A stretch of DNA of 63,998 nt, filler included, from Reticulomyxa filosa (taxonomy: Eukaryota > Protista > Foraminifera): assembly GCA_000512085.1 (NCBI GenBank). It is 21 parts of 21 records of this genome, joined end to end, with 100 filler letters (N's around TTAATTAATTAA, not from the genome) between each part and the next. Parts side by side here need not be neighbours in the genome. Positions count along the whole stretch, not along the records: positions 48,590 to 49,685 come from ASPP01028455.1; positions 49,786 to 51,601 come from ASPP01012106.1; positions 51,702 to 52,775 come from ASPP01040829.1; positions 52,876 to 53,986 come from ASPP01025895.1; positions 54,087 to 55,586 come from ASPP01034119.1; positions 55,687 to 57,003 come from ASPP01009719.1; positions 57,104 to 58,103 come from ASPP01045266.1; positions 58,204 to 63,998 come from ASPP01020614.1; 13 more parts are not named here. One strand, given 5' to 3'. The position numbers and the translations under genes are program-made. The notes under the pieces were generated by a model. It ran no database searches and was not told the DNA's origin. It was given only the letters and a program-made list of their open reading frames with translations. Of this stretch, positions 48,942 to 60,237 are shown in pieces. Each line of letters starts with the position of its first letter. The first letter of the stretch is position 1.

Positions 48942-49685
48942 TGGCTGCTGACATAAACAAAATGAGGTGCAAATATGGATGCAGACGATGGTGCAGAAAG
49001 AGAACCAGACAGTGGAGATGATGCAAAATGTACCCGACTGTTTTTCTACAAAAAAAAAAAGGAGAGAACAAAGGGGGAAAAAAAATATCAAAAAAAAAAG
49101 GATAATACAGCATGGACGAGATAAAAGATAATGTACCGAAGCAACATCGCGGATTGTCCTATGATTCGGGTAAAATCGCAATGTCAGGCCAAGGAACGCG
49201 ACGCCGAGGTTCGGTGAGTAAAGAGAGCACAGATTTGCTATCAAAGTACGTATCGTCATTGACAGACGAGCATAAGAACGAGTTAGTGAAGACGTCGGCA
49301 GACTTGACGGCAGAGCGCAACCTGAAGCGTTTGGAGAGACCAAAAGAATCAAGCGACGGAGGTGATAAAGAACCTAGCCAAGGAAAGCGATGAGATGAAA
49401 ATGGAGAACGAGGAATTGAAGCCGAATAATGCACATGAAGAAGCACGACTTGAAGCTTCTGACCAAAGGCAATGTTTTATTGAACGAGTTATACGAAGAA
49501 GAGAAGCTTACATTGGAGAAATGAAAACAAGAGATAGTCGAAAAGGATGCCGAAGTTTTGAGCTGCGCACACTTGAACAAGAGATGTTTGATCGAGCTTC
49601 AAACAAAACCCGGAGGAAGTGGACACCCTTTTTGGTAGAGATGAAGAGGACCACCGACATGCCAGACGGTTATGACGATGAAGAG
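48942..49685 (+). CDS. Hypothetical charged/coiled-coil protein, partial
   Basis: Consecutive coding-like ORFs (49112..49393, 49362..49685) and a probable small upstream exon. No domain recognised. Confidence 0.4.
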
Positions 49686-49800
49686 NNNNNNNNNNNNNNN
49701 NNNNNNNNNNNNNNNNNNNNNNNNNNNNNTTAATTAATTAANNNNNNNNNNNNNNNNNNNNNNNNNNNNNNNNNNNNNNNNNNNNAAAAAAAAAAAAAAA

Positions 49801-50940
49801 TTGGGAAATGTCGAAATAATACGGTATTTGATAACCGAACACAATGTAAGCATTTGCGAAGACAAGTTTGGATGGACTCCAATGGCGCTGATGGACCACG
49901 TTTGGTTTGGACAACGTGCCATAGAACCGGGTGACATTGGCGCTGCACAGGTGCAACACAAAATGCAGGAGATTTGGAAGTGGCAGTTTCTGCACGACAC
50001 GCTGGTAAAGTATCAGTCGGCCGTTGTCGACTTCCAATTGAACGCATTGAAGCGACAAGGACACGACTTGAAGCTCAACCGAATCCAACACACTCTTTCC
50101 AACAACTCTTCCTTTTCTTCCTCTTCGTTTTCGCAGCTCAAGTTGCATGCCAACAAACATGGTCCATTTTCTGCTCACAATCATCAACCTCATCAATCTC
50201 ATCAATCTCATCAATCTCACAACAACAACAACAACAACATCATCAGCAACACCATCTTGTCAATCACAATAATCGCTTTCACAACAGTCACAATATCAAG
50301 TCCAATGTCAATCACAACGACGAATTCGAAAACGGAACAAAGCAAGAAGAACAAGAGGACAACGATGACGAAGACCACATTGAAGACTTTGACAACGATG
50401 AAGAACAACCTCGTACACACTCTCGTCGTGATGCTGCAAATAATGGTCTTGCACAATTGACAAACAAAATTATGAGTTTTGTTTTATTTACAATATACAC
50501 ATACCACATACACATATACATACGTATATATATATGTATATATAGTATTTGTGTCATATATCTCATTAGTTTTAAAAAAAAAAAAAAAATTGGAAGATAA
50601 TACAATGCGAGTGAGACCAGATCAAACAGATATCAAGGAAGGCTTGCTCTTCACTATTCCCGGGTGCAGGTATTCTACCGATAGTGTGGAGTATACCTCG
50701 AATGGCGACGACGCTTCGGAGCGGCCACTATATCGCGCAGTGTACAAGTGCACTCGAGTGCACCAAGACTTTGGCTTTGTCGAAGCTGCACTCCACTGGA
50801 TTGACGGCAAGCCGTGCACGCCAGACCTATTGGCAACCTGTCCCTTTCCAAATCTCATCTCCGTTACTGAACGGCAAATCCTGCGTTACTCAGAGTTTGT
50901 CGGATTTGTCGATCGAAATCCAATCTCATCAGTTTTCTAT

Positions 50941-50982
<42 letters not shown>

Positions 50983-51545
50983 GTAATGGTGAAAATATTG
51001 TATGATCTTAGTTTTGTGTGTATGTGTATCGATGTTTCAAAGTCAGTAATGGCACATAGGGCTCCACTGCATTATCTCAAAGACATATCGAAGCGACGAT
51101 ATTTGATAGTGACGAATCCAGCGGCGGGCGAGGGCCGGGGCAAACGCGCTTGGAACTCGATGATAAGGCCATTGCTGGACGCGTTCAAAATCCAGTACAC
51201 GTGCGTGCAGTCGAAGCAGCCCGAAAAGAGCGAAAAAGAGTCGGTGAGCGATATGAATTTGGAGTCGATGTGCGACTGCATTATTGTGATCGGCGGGGAC
51301 GGTACTGTTCACAACATCGTCAATGACCTGTATCATCACCACATCCACGACCGAAACGAAGCGCTCGACATCCCTTTGATCCATTTCGGAGTGGGTCTAA
51401 GCAACGGCATCGCGTGCAGCGTCGGCTGGAACAATGTCAAAGACGCGCTCACCGCAACTCTGATTCACGGCGAGTTTACGCCGTTGGATCTGGTTGAAGT
51501 CAAGCAAAAGGAGAGGAATTTCGTCGCATGTTTATTTATTGGTAC
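49801..51545 (+). CDS. Ankyrin-like repeat + DAGKc-family (sphingosine/ceramide kinase-like) lipid kinase, partial
   Basis: GNVEIIRYLI...EDKFGWTPM is ankyrin-like. YLIVTNPAAGEGRG, IIVIGGDGTVHNIVN, IPL...GLSNGIA.SVG and PLDLVEV are DAGKc conserved regions. Confidence 0.8.
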
Positions 51546-51725
51546 GACTTTTTTTTTTTCCTTGCAATGTCAATGTTAGTATTTATGTATGTGTACATTT
51601 GNNNNNNNNNNNNNNNNNNNNNNNNNNNNNNNNNNNNNNNNNNNNTTAATTAATTAANNNNNNNNNNNNNNNNNNNNNNNNNNNNNNNNNNNNNNNNNNN
51701 NATCAATAGCATTTGATAGTTCAAA

Positions 51726-52435
51726 ATGGAAAGCTGTAGAATCGAATATATCCTTACTGGTAAAAATACAAGTGGAATTGCATGGAAGGATGTATTTGGC
51801 TCCAGATTATATAATCAAATTGAGTATCTTAGCATTGATATTGATGCATTTGGATTTGTAAATTATCTTGGACAGATTGATAAAGAATATTATTGGAGCA
51901 CTGCGATGCGACGAAGATGTCAAAGGCGATTTTCATTGAAGTCATTGTATTTATACTTCCCCGATAACATTGATGTATATCGAACATTGATCGAAGCGCA
52001 ATACAATATCATATACAACTAATTATTTGATATTGAAGAACTTAAATTGCTTTTTCACAGTATTGATGAATCGCAATTGAGACCTGTTATGACCAATGTT
52101 TCCCAATTTTTGAATCATTTATTCTCAAGACGAAATAAAACTGTCCTTCATTTCATTTTAAAATTAGGAAATGTTCACAAGATACATGATGATCATAATA
52201 ATGATTATAATTATTCTGAACATCTTGCTCTAAGTAAGAAATTAGAAGATGAAACCGATGAAAAAATCTTTGGTGTTCTTACCGATTTTAACAGCAGTGG
52301 ATTGAAATTCTTGCACGTGTGTTTTTACCTCTCATAGATGATTATATCAAGTATTTGCAAGTTGTTGGGACCGTGAAAGGCTTTGCTTGTGATATCAACA
52401 ATGATCACGAAAATCAACAACAAACATTCTTTTGA
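51726..52435 (+). pseudogene. Hypothetical coding remnant with an in-frame stop at 52020-52022
   Basis: ORFs 51726..52022 and 52047..52337 are in the same frame, separated by one TAA. Confidence 0.35.
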
Positions 52436-52875
52436 TCAAAGTGTGAAACGTTTTTTGTTGTTGTTTTTTTTGTTTAACAATAAAGCTTTGTTTTGGCTTT
52501 TGCGAAGGCAATCTTTGCATTATTGCCAATTAAAATTTATAAAAAATTCAAAAACAAGATAAAAAAAGTACCACAAAATAAAACAATCATTGCATGTCTT
52601 TTGGGGAATGCATTGAACATAAATGGGAGCAAGTACTAAATTTGCTTTTTATTTTAGAATACAAAAAACATTTCGTAACAAAATCGAATAATATAAGCAA
52701 ATATTTCTCTTAAAAAAAATACTCTTCTTGAAAAGCAAAAGAAATAAGTTTATAATGCGTCTCTTTAAATATTATNNNNNNNNNNNNNNNNNNNNNNNNN
52801 NNNNNNNNNNNNNNNNNNNTTAATTAATTAANNNNNNNNNNNNNNNNNNNNNNNNNNNNNNNNNNNNNNNNNNNN

Positions 52876-53986
52876 GGTGGAAGAATTCCATTGCTGTCAA
52901 GGACAAAATCGACCAGAATAGTGTCACATTGGTCATTTATTCGTGGAGGAATCCCTGTCACCTCCAATTCGCCCAAGTAGTGATTGTTTTTCGCATATTT
53001 GTCGTCTCCTTGGTACAGTTTCAAAGTGACGATCTGCGACTTAGAAAATCGTTAACAATACAGAAACATAGCTGATTTTACAGAATATTTCAGATTCTTT
53101 TAAAAAATTACATTAATTAACCAGCACTTTACGGAGGGGTCGTCTCTTCCAAATCCAATGAAAAAAAGGATGGGACGCCCCAAATCACTTTTTTTTTATA
53201 AAAAAATAAACACCTTTTTATTTGTTTTGAAGAATCAAAATAAAAATATAAAGTCATAAAAAAACAAACTTGATGACATTTTTACAAACGGAAAGCCAAA
53301 GGCAAAACGTCTTCGAGAATGGATTTGTCATAGATGTTATCAAGATAGCATGTGGAAGGATTATGTGCCCAGCCATACGCATACAAGCTCGCGACGATTG
53401 ACACAACATTCACAACCATTAACTGCAGATCGTCTTGTGGAAGAACAATTTTCAACTTTTCTCGGGATTGGTCAATCTAAAACTATTTTCGTAATTTTTT
53501 TTGCAGTATTGGCAACTTGCTTGTTCATCCGATCATTAATATTTATTATTATTATTATTATTATTATTGTAATGTTGGTTATTGAATTGGTTTTATTTAT
53601 ATATACATATATAATATGTATGATATTCAAAATACCTGCCAAGTGACATGCAAGTCGAACAGACTTTCTTTGTGCGTTGTGGAAATATGCAGTGATGGAT
53701 ACAACCACATCCCGAATATAAGACGCTTGAAAATGGAGGGAGGCCATTTACATCAAGTGGACTAGCACGTCAGCAAGCACTTGTTCTGGGGATATCCACA
53801 TTTTGCAAATGGGAACCCAAATGCGCGGATATGTACCTCCGATCACCTTAAACATGTGGGCATCCTAAAATTAGACCATTTCGAGGTCGCCCATGTGACG
53901 GCCGAGAAGTCGCTTCAAATCGTAAATTACATTTTAATTGTCCATTGGCAGTATTTTCAGAGCGTCCTCGCCAAGTACAATCGGAA
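52876..53986 (-). pseudogene. Hsp70-family pseudogene (fragmented)
   Basis: VIYDLKRLLGR (~53925-53895), VVVSITAYFHNAQRK..RLACHLAG and LYQGD...KNNHYLGELEVTGIPP...VDFVLDSNGIL. Most of the ATPase domain is deleted, with stops and frameshifts. Confidence 0.8.
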
Positions 53987-54086
53987 NNNNNNNNNNNNNN
54001 NNNNNNNNNNNNNNNNNNNNNNNNNNNNNNTTAATTAATTAANNNNNNNNNNNNNNNNNNNNNNNNNNNNNNNNNNNNNNNNNNNN

Positions 54087-54140
54087 AAAAAACTCCAAAA
54101 AAAAACTCCAAAAAAAAACTCCAAAAAAAACAACTCCAAA
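54087..54140. repeat. (AnCTCC) short tandem repeat, 4 units
   Basis: AAAAAACTCC units, seen directly. Confidence 0.7.
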
Positions 54141-54200
54141 ATCAATTCATATACGTCATCTAATTAAGAAACCAAAAACTAAAAGAAAAAACTGAGTAAG

Positions 54201-55586
54201 ATGGAAGAAGAGAAAGGCAAAGATAATGCGAAACCGAACTTGAAGTCAATTACTGAACACCAGGCTTGCTTTGACAAAAATTGGATTTTACAATTGAACA
54301 AGCAGGAAGCCATTCACGACTTTATTTGTTTGATTTGCAAACAAGTCGCCAACAACCCAATGGAAATTAATTGTACTCAACATAAAAACATGGATGAATC
54401 ATTGATTGTTGGAGAGAATTGCTTGAATCAATTCCTTAGTCAAAACACAAATTCTTGTCCAGTCGAACCTCATGACAGCTGTTCGTATTCTCAAAGTCGA
54501 ATGATGAAACGATACATTAGTGAATTGGATGTGATATGTCCACGACAATTTGAACAAGAACAAGGACAACCACAAATGTCAACACAACAAGGACATGAAG
54601 AAGGAGAAACATCTTGAATTGTTAGTTGTGATTTCAAAGGAAAAGTGAAACAGGTGAATGATCATTTGGAACATTCTTGTTGTATACAAATGGTTAAATG
54701 TTGGTTTGAGTCATTTGGATGCAATCACACATGTTTGGAATCTGTGATTGATGATCATTTGGCATCAAATATGAAATTACATTTTGATTTAGTTAGCAAA
54801 TCATTTGATGCATTACAACAAACTATTCGACAATATCAGGTATCATTATTTATTTATGATTTTAACAAAAAAAAATATGTGCTCATTTTGAAAAAAATAA
54901 AAATAGGAAGAAATTAGGAAATTAAATTTGGAAAATGAAATACTTAAAGTGGAGTTACAATTGAAAGGCAAAAAAGATGAAGAGATTGCACATTTGAAAC
55001 GACAATTGGATCAATATCAAAAAGATAATCTACAATTAAACTCTGCTCATGTTTGATATGTTCTTATTTTTGTTTTCATTTGATTCAAAAATATTAAAAG
55101 CAAAAAATAATAATAATTAAACAGAAAACAACATTGGTTGAGATGGAAAAATTAAAAAAGGATATCGAATCAAAACACAATGAAATTCAAAAAATAAAAG
55201 AAGAAATTGAATTGAAAGAAAAACAAATAATCGAAAAAAAACAAATGAATGAACAAAAAGAAAATATTATGAATGATAATTCGTCAAAATCAATTATTAA
55301 TACATCATCCACTTTAGATTTTGAATTAGTAAGTTCTTTCAAATTACTTAATACATTCGCTGGACATACAAGTGCTGTGTGGAATATTGATTATTCAACA
55401 TTTGATGATTGTCAATTCATTTGTTCTGGATCATCTGATCAAACAGTTCGTGTATGGGATATAGACAAAAACAAACAAATTCAATTATTCAATGGACACT
55501 CATCTGATGTGTATTGTGTAAAATTTTCATCATATTATTATAATAATCATCGTCAACATGTCATTTGTTCTTCATCACATGACAAA
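54201..55586 (+). pseudogene. RING/TRAF-type Zn finger + coiled coil + WD40 family member with in-frame stop (54615-54617), 3' truncated
   Basis: FICLICKQVANNPMEINC...CL..FL....CP, CDFKGK...DHLEHSC...KCWFESFGC, then WD40 GHTSAVWNIDY..ICSGSSDQTVRVWD..GHSSDVYCVKF. The TGA lies between two in-frame conserved blocks. Confidence 0.75.
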
Positions 55587-56159
55587 NNNNNNNNNNNNNN
55601 NNNNNNNNNNNNNNNNNNNNNNNNNNNNNNTTAATTAATTAANNNNNNNNNNNNNNNNNNNNNNNNNNNNNNNNNNNNNNNNNNNNTTTTTTTTTTTTTT
55701 GTGGTCTTGTTTCTTTTTTTCGAGGGTCATTTGGTTGCATTATTTCCTGTTCTTCTCTCCCGTTCAGCGAAATGCAATGCAACAAAAGAATTTTGTTATC
55801 AAATTTATAACAAAATAAATATTTTCAAAACTCGTATACACTTTTTGAAACAGGGTCTCGTGTCAAATTTATAAGGATGCATGTTCTGAAATAATGAAAA
55901 ATAATTATTTGATTTTAAAAAAAGTAAAATTTACTTATAGCAGACATCTTTTTTCAGTCTGCTTCATTTTTATTTTTATTTACAGATAAGAAATCAAACA
56001 CAAAAAAAAAAAAAAAGCAAACATAAATACCGTGGCACTTTTAAACTAGAAATTTTTGTCGTAGAAACAAACTTTGTTAATATCCCGATTGTTCTCATTA
56101 AAAACTAGCCCTTCTTCGTCATATTTTTTGTTCGCTATTTTGCCACTTGTTTGGAATAT

Positions 56160-57003
56160 ATGCTTCCAGTTTCAACAGATCCAGGGGATTATACAAAACG
56201 TCGTAACGACCAACGTTCAAGGTTTAATCCCTGGGTGTGCGACCAGCAGATAAAAATTCAATTGAAGGACAACAATTTCTACCATGGAGTGATAAAAGAC
56301 TACAACCCAAGAGGCGAAATAAGCCAAGTATGGCTAACGTCGGGAATGGGAACAAATGAATGTCCAGCAGCGAACATATTGGACATAAACTTCAATACAT
56401 ATCCACTGCACATCGAGTACATAGCAAGCCATTCATTTGAGGAGGTGTTGCCCTTGACAAGCACGACAAACAAAGGGAACAAGAAGCATACGAATCAATT
56501 CGCTTCATTTCATAGTGTTGGAGCAAGAGTGCAGATTCTATCGTGTCTGAACAAGAAATGGTATACCGCAGTGATTGATGGAGTGGACGAGATAAGTCAG
56601 CGTATCCACGTCAGTTACGTGAAGGAGTTATCAGCAGAGCACGTTCAAAGAAGAGAATGGCTGTGGCCAATCCAATATCGCATTCGAGCCCATCGTAACC
56701 ACGATCAGAGCATTGACAACATATCATCGCCACCAACCGTGACCACTCGGAACATTGTCCCTCCACCTTTCTTTCCAGAAACTTATGGCCTGCCTTCTGA
56801 ATTTTTCAATGCAAAGTGTCTCATTATGGTATCTTCAATTTTTTTTTACAACATACATATTACATACATTATTATGTATTTATATATGTGACATAAAAAA
56901 TCGGTTAATAGGATGGACACGGATATGAGAATGAAAATGATGACATTGATGATGACAATGACAATAATAATAATAACAATAATGACAATGATGATAATAA
57001 TAA
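56160..57003 (+). CDS. Hypothetical protein with two Tudor/SH3-like beta-barrels, 3' truncated
   Basis: QIKIQLKDNNFYHGVIKDYN..ISQVWL and VGARVQILSCLNKKWYTAVIDGVDE..RIHVSY...REWL follow the Tudor/chromo-barrel pattern (G.RV...WY.A.I....I.V.Y...EW). Confidence 0.5.
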
Positions 57004-57120
57004 NNNNNNNNNNNNNNNNNNNNNNNNNNNNNNNNNNNNNNNNNNNNTTAATTAATTAANNNNNNNNNNNNNNNNNNNNNNNNNNNNNNNNNNNNNNNNN
57101 NNNAAAAAAAAATAAAAAAA

Positions 57121-57540
57121 GATGGCGATCCTGCGTATTGTGATTTAATACAATTTAAAGGAACTTTTTATATAGTTATACCTGAAACAAAGTCGTTTTA
57201 TTATATCAAAACTGTTGTTTTTGACAAATCAACAAGTCGGAATATTATGGTACGTGTATGGAATCAAATTGGAGAAAAAAATTATGCAATTTTTGCTTGA
57301 GAAACAGCGTGCAAGTGCTTAGATTTTTGTGAAAAGTTAATTTTCTTTGGTGGGGTAAAAAAAAATTTACATAAGGTCTTATTTATTTATTATATTGATA
57401 TAATCAAAATTATAGATATTTTGAAATTGAATATCCGCTACCAAAATGTAATATTGTTGCAGTACCAGATTTTGCAGCAGGAGTATTTGAATTGGATGTA
57501 ATGTCAACAAGTCATCTAACTGAAATCAATGCACAAATCA
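57121..57540 (+). pseudogene. M1-family (puromycin-sensitive/APN-like) aminopeptidase pseudogene fragment; intron 57336-57415
   Basis: Read by hand: MVRVWNQIGEKNYAIFA*ETACKCLDFCEK|YFEIEYPLPKCNIVAVPDFAAG, matching M1 'YF..PYPLPK.D..AVPDFAAGAMEN'. It has an in-frame TGA and a destroyed GAMEN motif. Confidence 0.8.
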
Positions 57541-58101
57541 CTTGGCCAATTTTTTTTCTTGATCACTCGGACCGGTGGAAGTGATATTTATATTTTTGAT
57601 TCTCCTTGATCTTTTTCTTGGATTTAGTGGACATGATATACCGGCATCAATGTTATCTCTTTTTCCACAATTGATGTTATCTAAGTCTCTTTTTTTTGGG
57701 TTTTTGCGTGTCAATATTTTATGTTTTACTTCTTCTTTGTTTAAATTTTGTTGATTGTGTCTTCGTCGTTTTGATCTAATATTATTTATAATCTTTTTTT
57801 GTTCCATTTCATCATATTGTTCATCTTATTGTTCATCTTCCTGTTCCTCTTAATCTTCTTGTTCCTCTTCATGTTCATCTTCATGTTCATCTTCCTGTTC
57901 CTCTTAATCTTCATGTTCATCTTCATGTTCCTCTGTCTCTTCTTGTTTTTCTTCATATTTTTCTCAATCGTTATCATTTTTTTGGTATTCTTTATACGAT
58001 TCATCATTATTCTATTCACATTTTATATCTATCTAACCGTCTTCAATTTTGTCTTTTATTTTGTTATCTTCTTCAATAAAAATATTTTTTATTCGGTGAA
58101 A
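57538..58101 (-). pseudogene. Acidic E/D/H/Q-repeat reading frame with six in-frame stops and no frameshift
   Basis: The frame continuous with ORF 57538..57807 reads ...EEHEDEHED*EEQEDEHEDEHEEEQED*EEQEDEQ*DEQYDEMEQKK... Confidence 0.6.
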
Positions 58102-58203
58102 GTNNNNNNNNNNNNNNNNNNNNNNNNNNNNNNNNNNNNNNNNNNNNTTAATTAATTAANNNNNNNNNNNNNNNNNNNNNNNNNNNNNNNNNNNNNNNNN
58201 NNN

Positions 58204-58246
<43 letters not shown>

Positions 58247-60237
58247 TTCATATTCCAAATGTAACGTTCCATCCACAATGGAGTTATGGTGCTGTTCATG
58301 TTCAAGAAGAAGTGACAATGAATCGCGTCGTCAATAGCAACGATGAAACATTGCCGGGATGGAGTCCCAATATCAGTCCAAGAGCGGGCCAGCAACGCGT
58401 TAGTGCAACGGGACACAATGGACTGTTCTTGACCCCCAATCTCTCTTCCAATCCATCATTTAACGAGAATAATCGAGGGTCGGTCACGTCACGGCCGGAC
58501 GGCTCGCACAGCGACGACGAGCATGAAATTGAAAATGACTTGCTAATCGATTTACATACGGAAGAACCTGTTCCCAGTGAAAACTCCAAGTCTTGGATTA
58601 GCAAATGGATTCCAAGATTTAGCTTTTTAAAGCCGCGTGAAACGCATATTCGATCCAACACAGTTCGAGACGAGTTATACGGTGAAATCAATGATAAAAA
58701 AGATAAAGATAAAGATAAAGATAAAGACAAAAATAAAGAAAGCGAAAAAGCGAAAGACGATGAAACAGAACGAACCAAAGAAAGAGAAAAAAAAACAAAA
58801 GTAAAGACAAAAGCAAGGAAAAAAGGAGAAAGGACATGACGAAGACGACGAAGACGATATTTTGTCTCTAAAGTCACTCCAAGTGAAAGCGGAAAAATCC
58901 AAAGAAAAGCGACACAGCAAATCGCACAGCAGACCTTCCTCCGGCCAGCCCAATGAAAAGGAAACGGCTGGTGAAAAGAAAATTGTGGTTCAGAATGAAA
59001 AGCTCGAGGAAATCACCACTTTGGATAAACTGAATGAAAAGCCAAAAGAAAAGGAAAGATCAAAAAAAGAAAGACGAGAAAAGGAAAAGGACAAAGGAAA
59101 AGAAAAACAGCAAAACAATGAAAAAATCGAAGAAACAAAAGAAGATGAAAAAAACAAGATAGGAACAACGAATTGTTACCACAATCCCCGACCCAGCCAC
59201 AGCAACGAGATAATCATGACAATGAACATCAAGACGAACCCGAGAGCAAGATCACCCGTGAAGATATGCTAGTTGTGGTGACTCCAAACGACGATGAGAA
59301 AGCACAGACAAGTCCGCAATTTTTGGATGAGGAAACGCCCATCTCCCAAAACAACGTTTCCAAGTCCGCCAGCACCCATTTGTTGAGTGTGTCCACCGGC
59401 AAGGAGGACACGAGTCTGGTCACTCCCCCGAAATTGTCTAAGCAATTGAGCAATCAGGACAAACAGGCCATTTGGAGTGAAGCACACAAACGAAAGATTT
59501 CTCAACTGTCTCAACAAGTCGTGGGGTCGTTAAAATGGATCTCACATTTCTCTGGCAATGCTGCGATATCCCAATTTCCAATACAAAATGAATTAATATG
59601 CGAAGGCAAGGGACTATTTCTTATTGACAAACAGGTTTGTCATTTGGAAAAAATATATATTCATATACACTTATACACACATATATATATATATATGTAT
59701 ATAATTCTCATTATTGTGATCTTGCCAAAGATAAACGAAGGCGAAATATTCAAGTTTCAATTGGAAGTGCGACAGACCCCGGACCATACCCAATGGGATC
59801 AAAACTTATGGTGGATAGGCATATTGGAAGGACCGATAGATGAAATTGATGGTGTGGAAGAAAGACAAAACTACCCTCCGATGGATGGCTTGGGATTGTG
59901 CTGTGACCGTGGTTGCATGTACCATGGAGCCAAACGATTACGCAGTAACTTGGGAGTGCCTGTAACTGGTGGGAAAAATCTAGACATTGAAGTTTCTGTC
60001 AAGAGCTCCAATCTTGCTGTATTGCGAATGTGCGTGTCCAACTCTCCCTCTATTCCCAAGATTCATCATACCATCAAAATTTCCGGAGACTGTGTTTGTG
60101 TGGGATTGCTGCATACACACAGCAAGGGACATTATCTCATATGGACAGATGCAGAGGTTAATACAAATGCAAAACGACAACAACACTTGAATTCCGAGAT
60201 CCAATTTGGGCATTTGGAAAAGCCCGACTATGCTTAA
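58247..60237 (+). CDS. Large charged low-complexity protein with a C-terminal beta-rich (SPRY-like) domain; homopolymer frameshifts near 58790 and 59150, intron ~59635-59730
   Basis: Three consecutive ORFs rich in K/E/D. The C-terminus FKFQLEV...WWIGILEG...GLGLCCDRGCMYHG...GKNLDIEV is loosely SPRY-like. Confidence 0.55.

Noticed and set aside
57799-58103. Hydrophobic F/I/L/M-rich ORFs as membrane proteins (also 14729..15253, 21962..22489, 43981..44271, 58302..58877)
   Set aside because: They are antisense shadows of charged or Asn-rich low-complexity sequence on the other strand.
6135-58203. Recurrent TTAATTAATTAA between N-runs as a CRISPR-like or biological repeat
   Set aside because: It is a constant-length artificial contig linker with stops in six frames.
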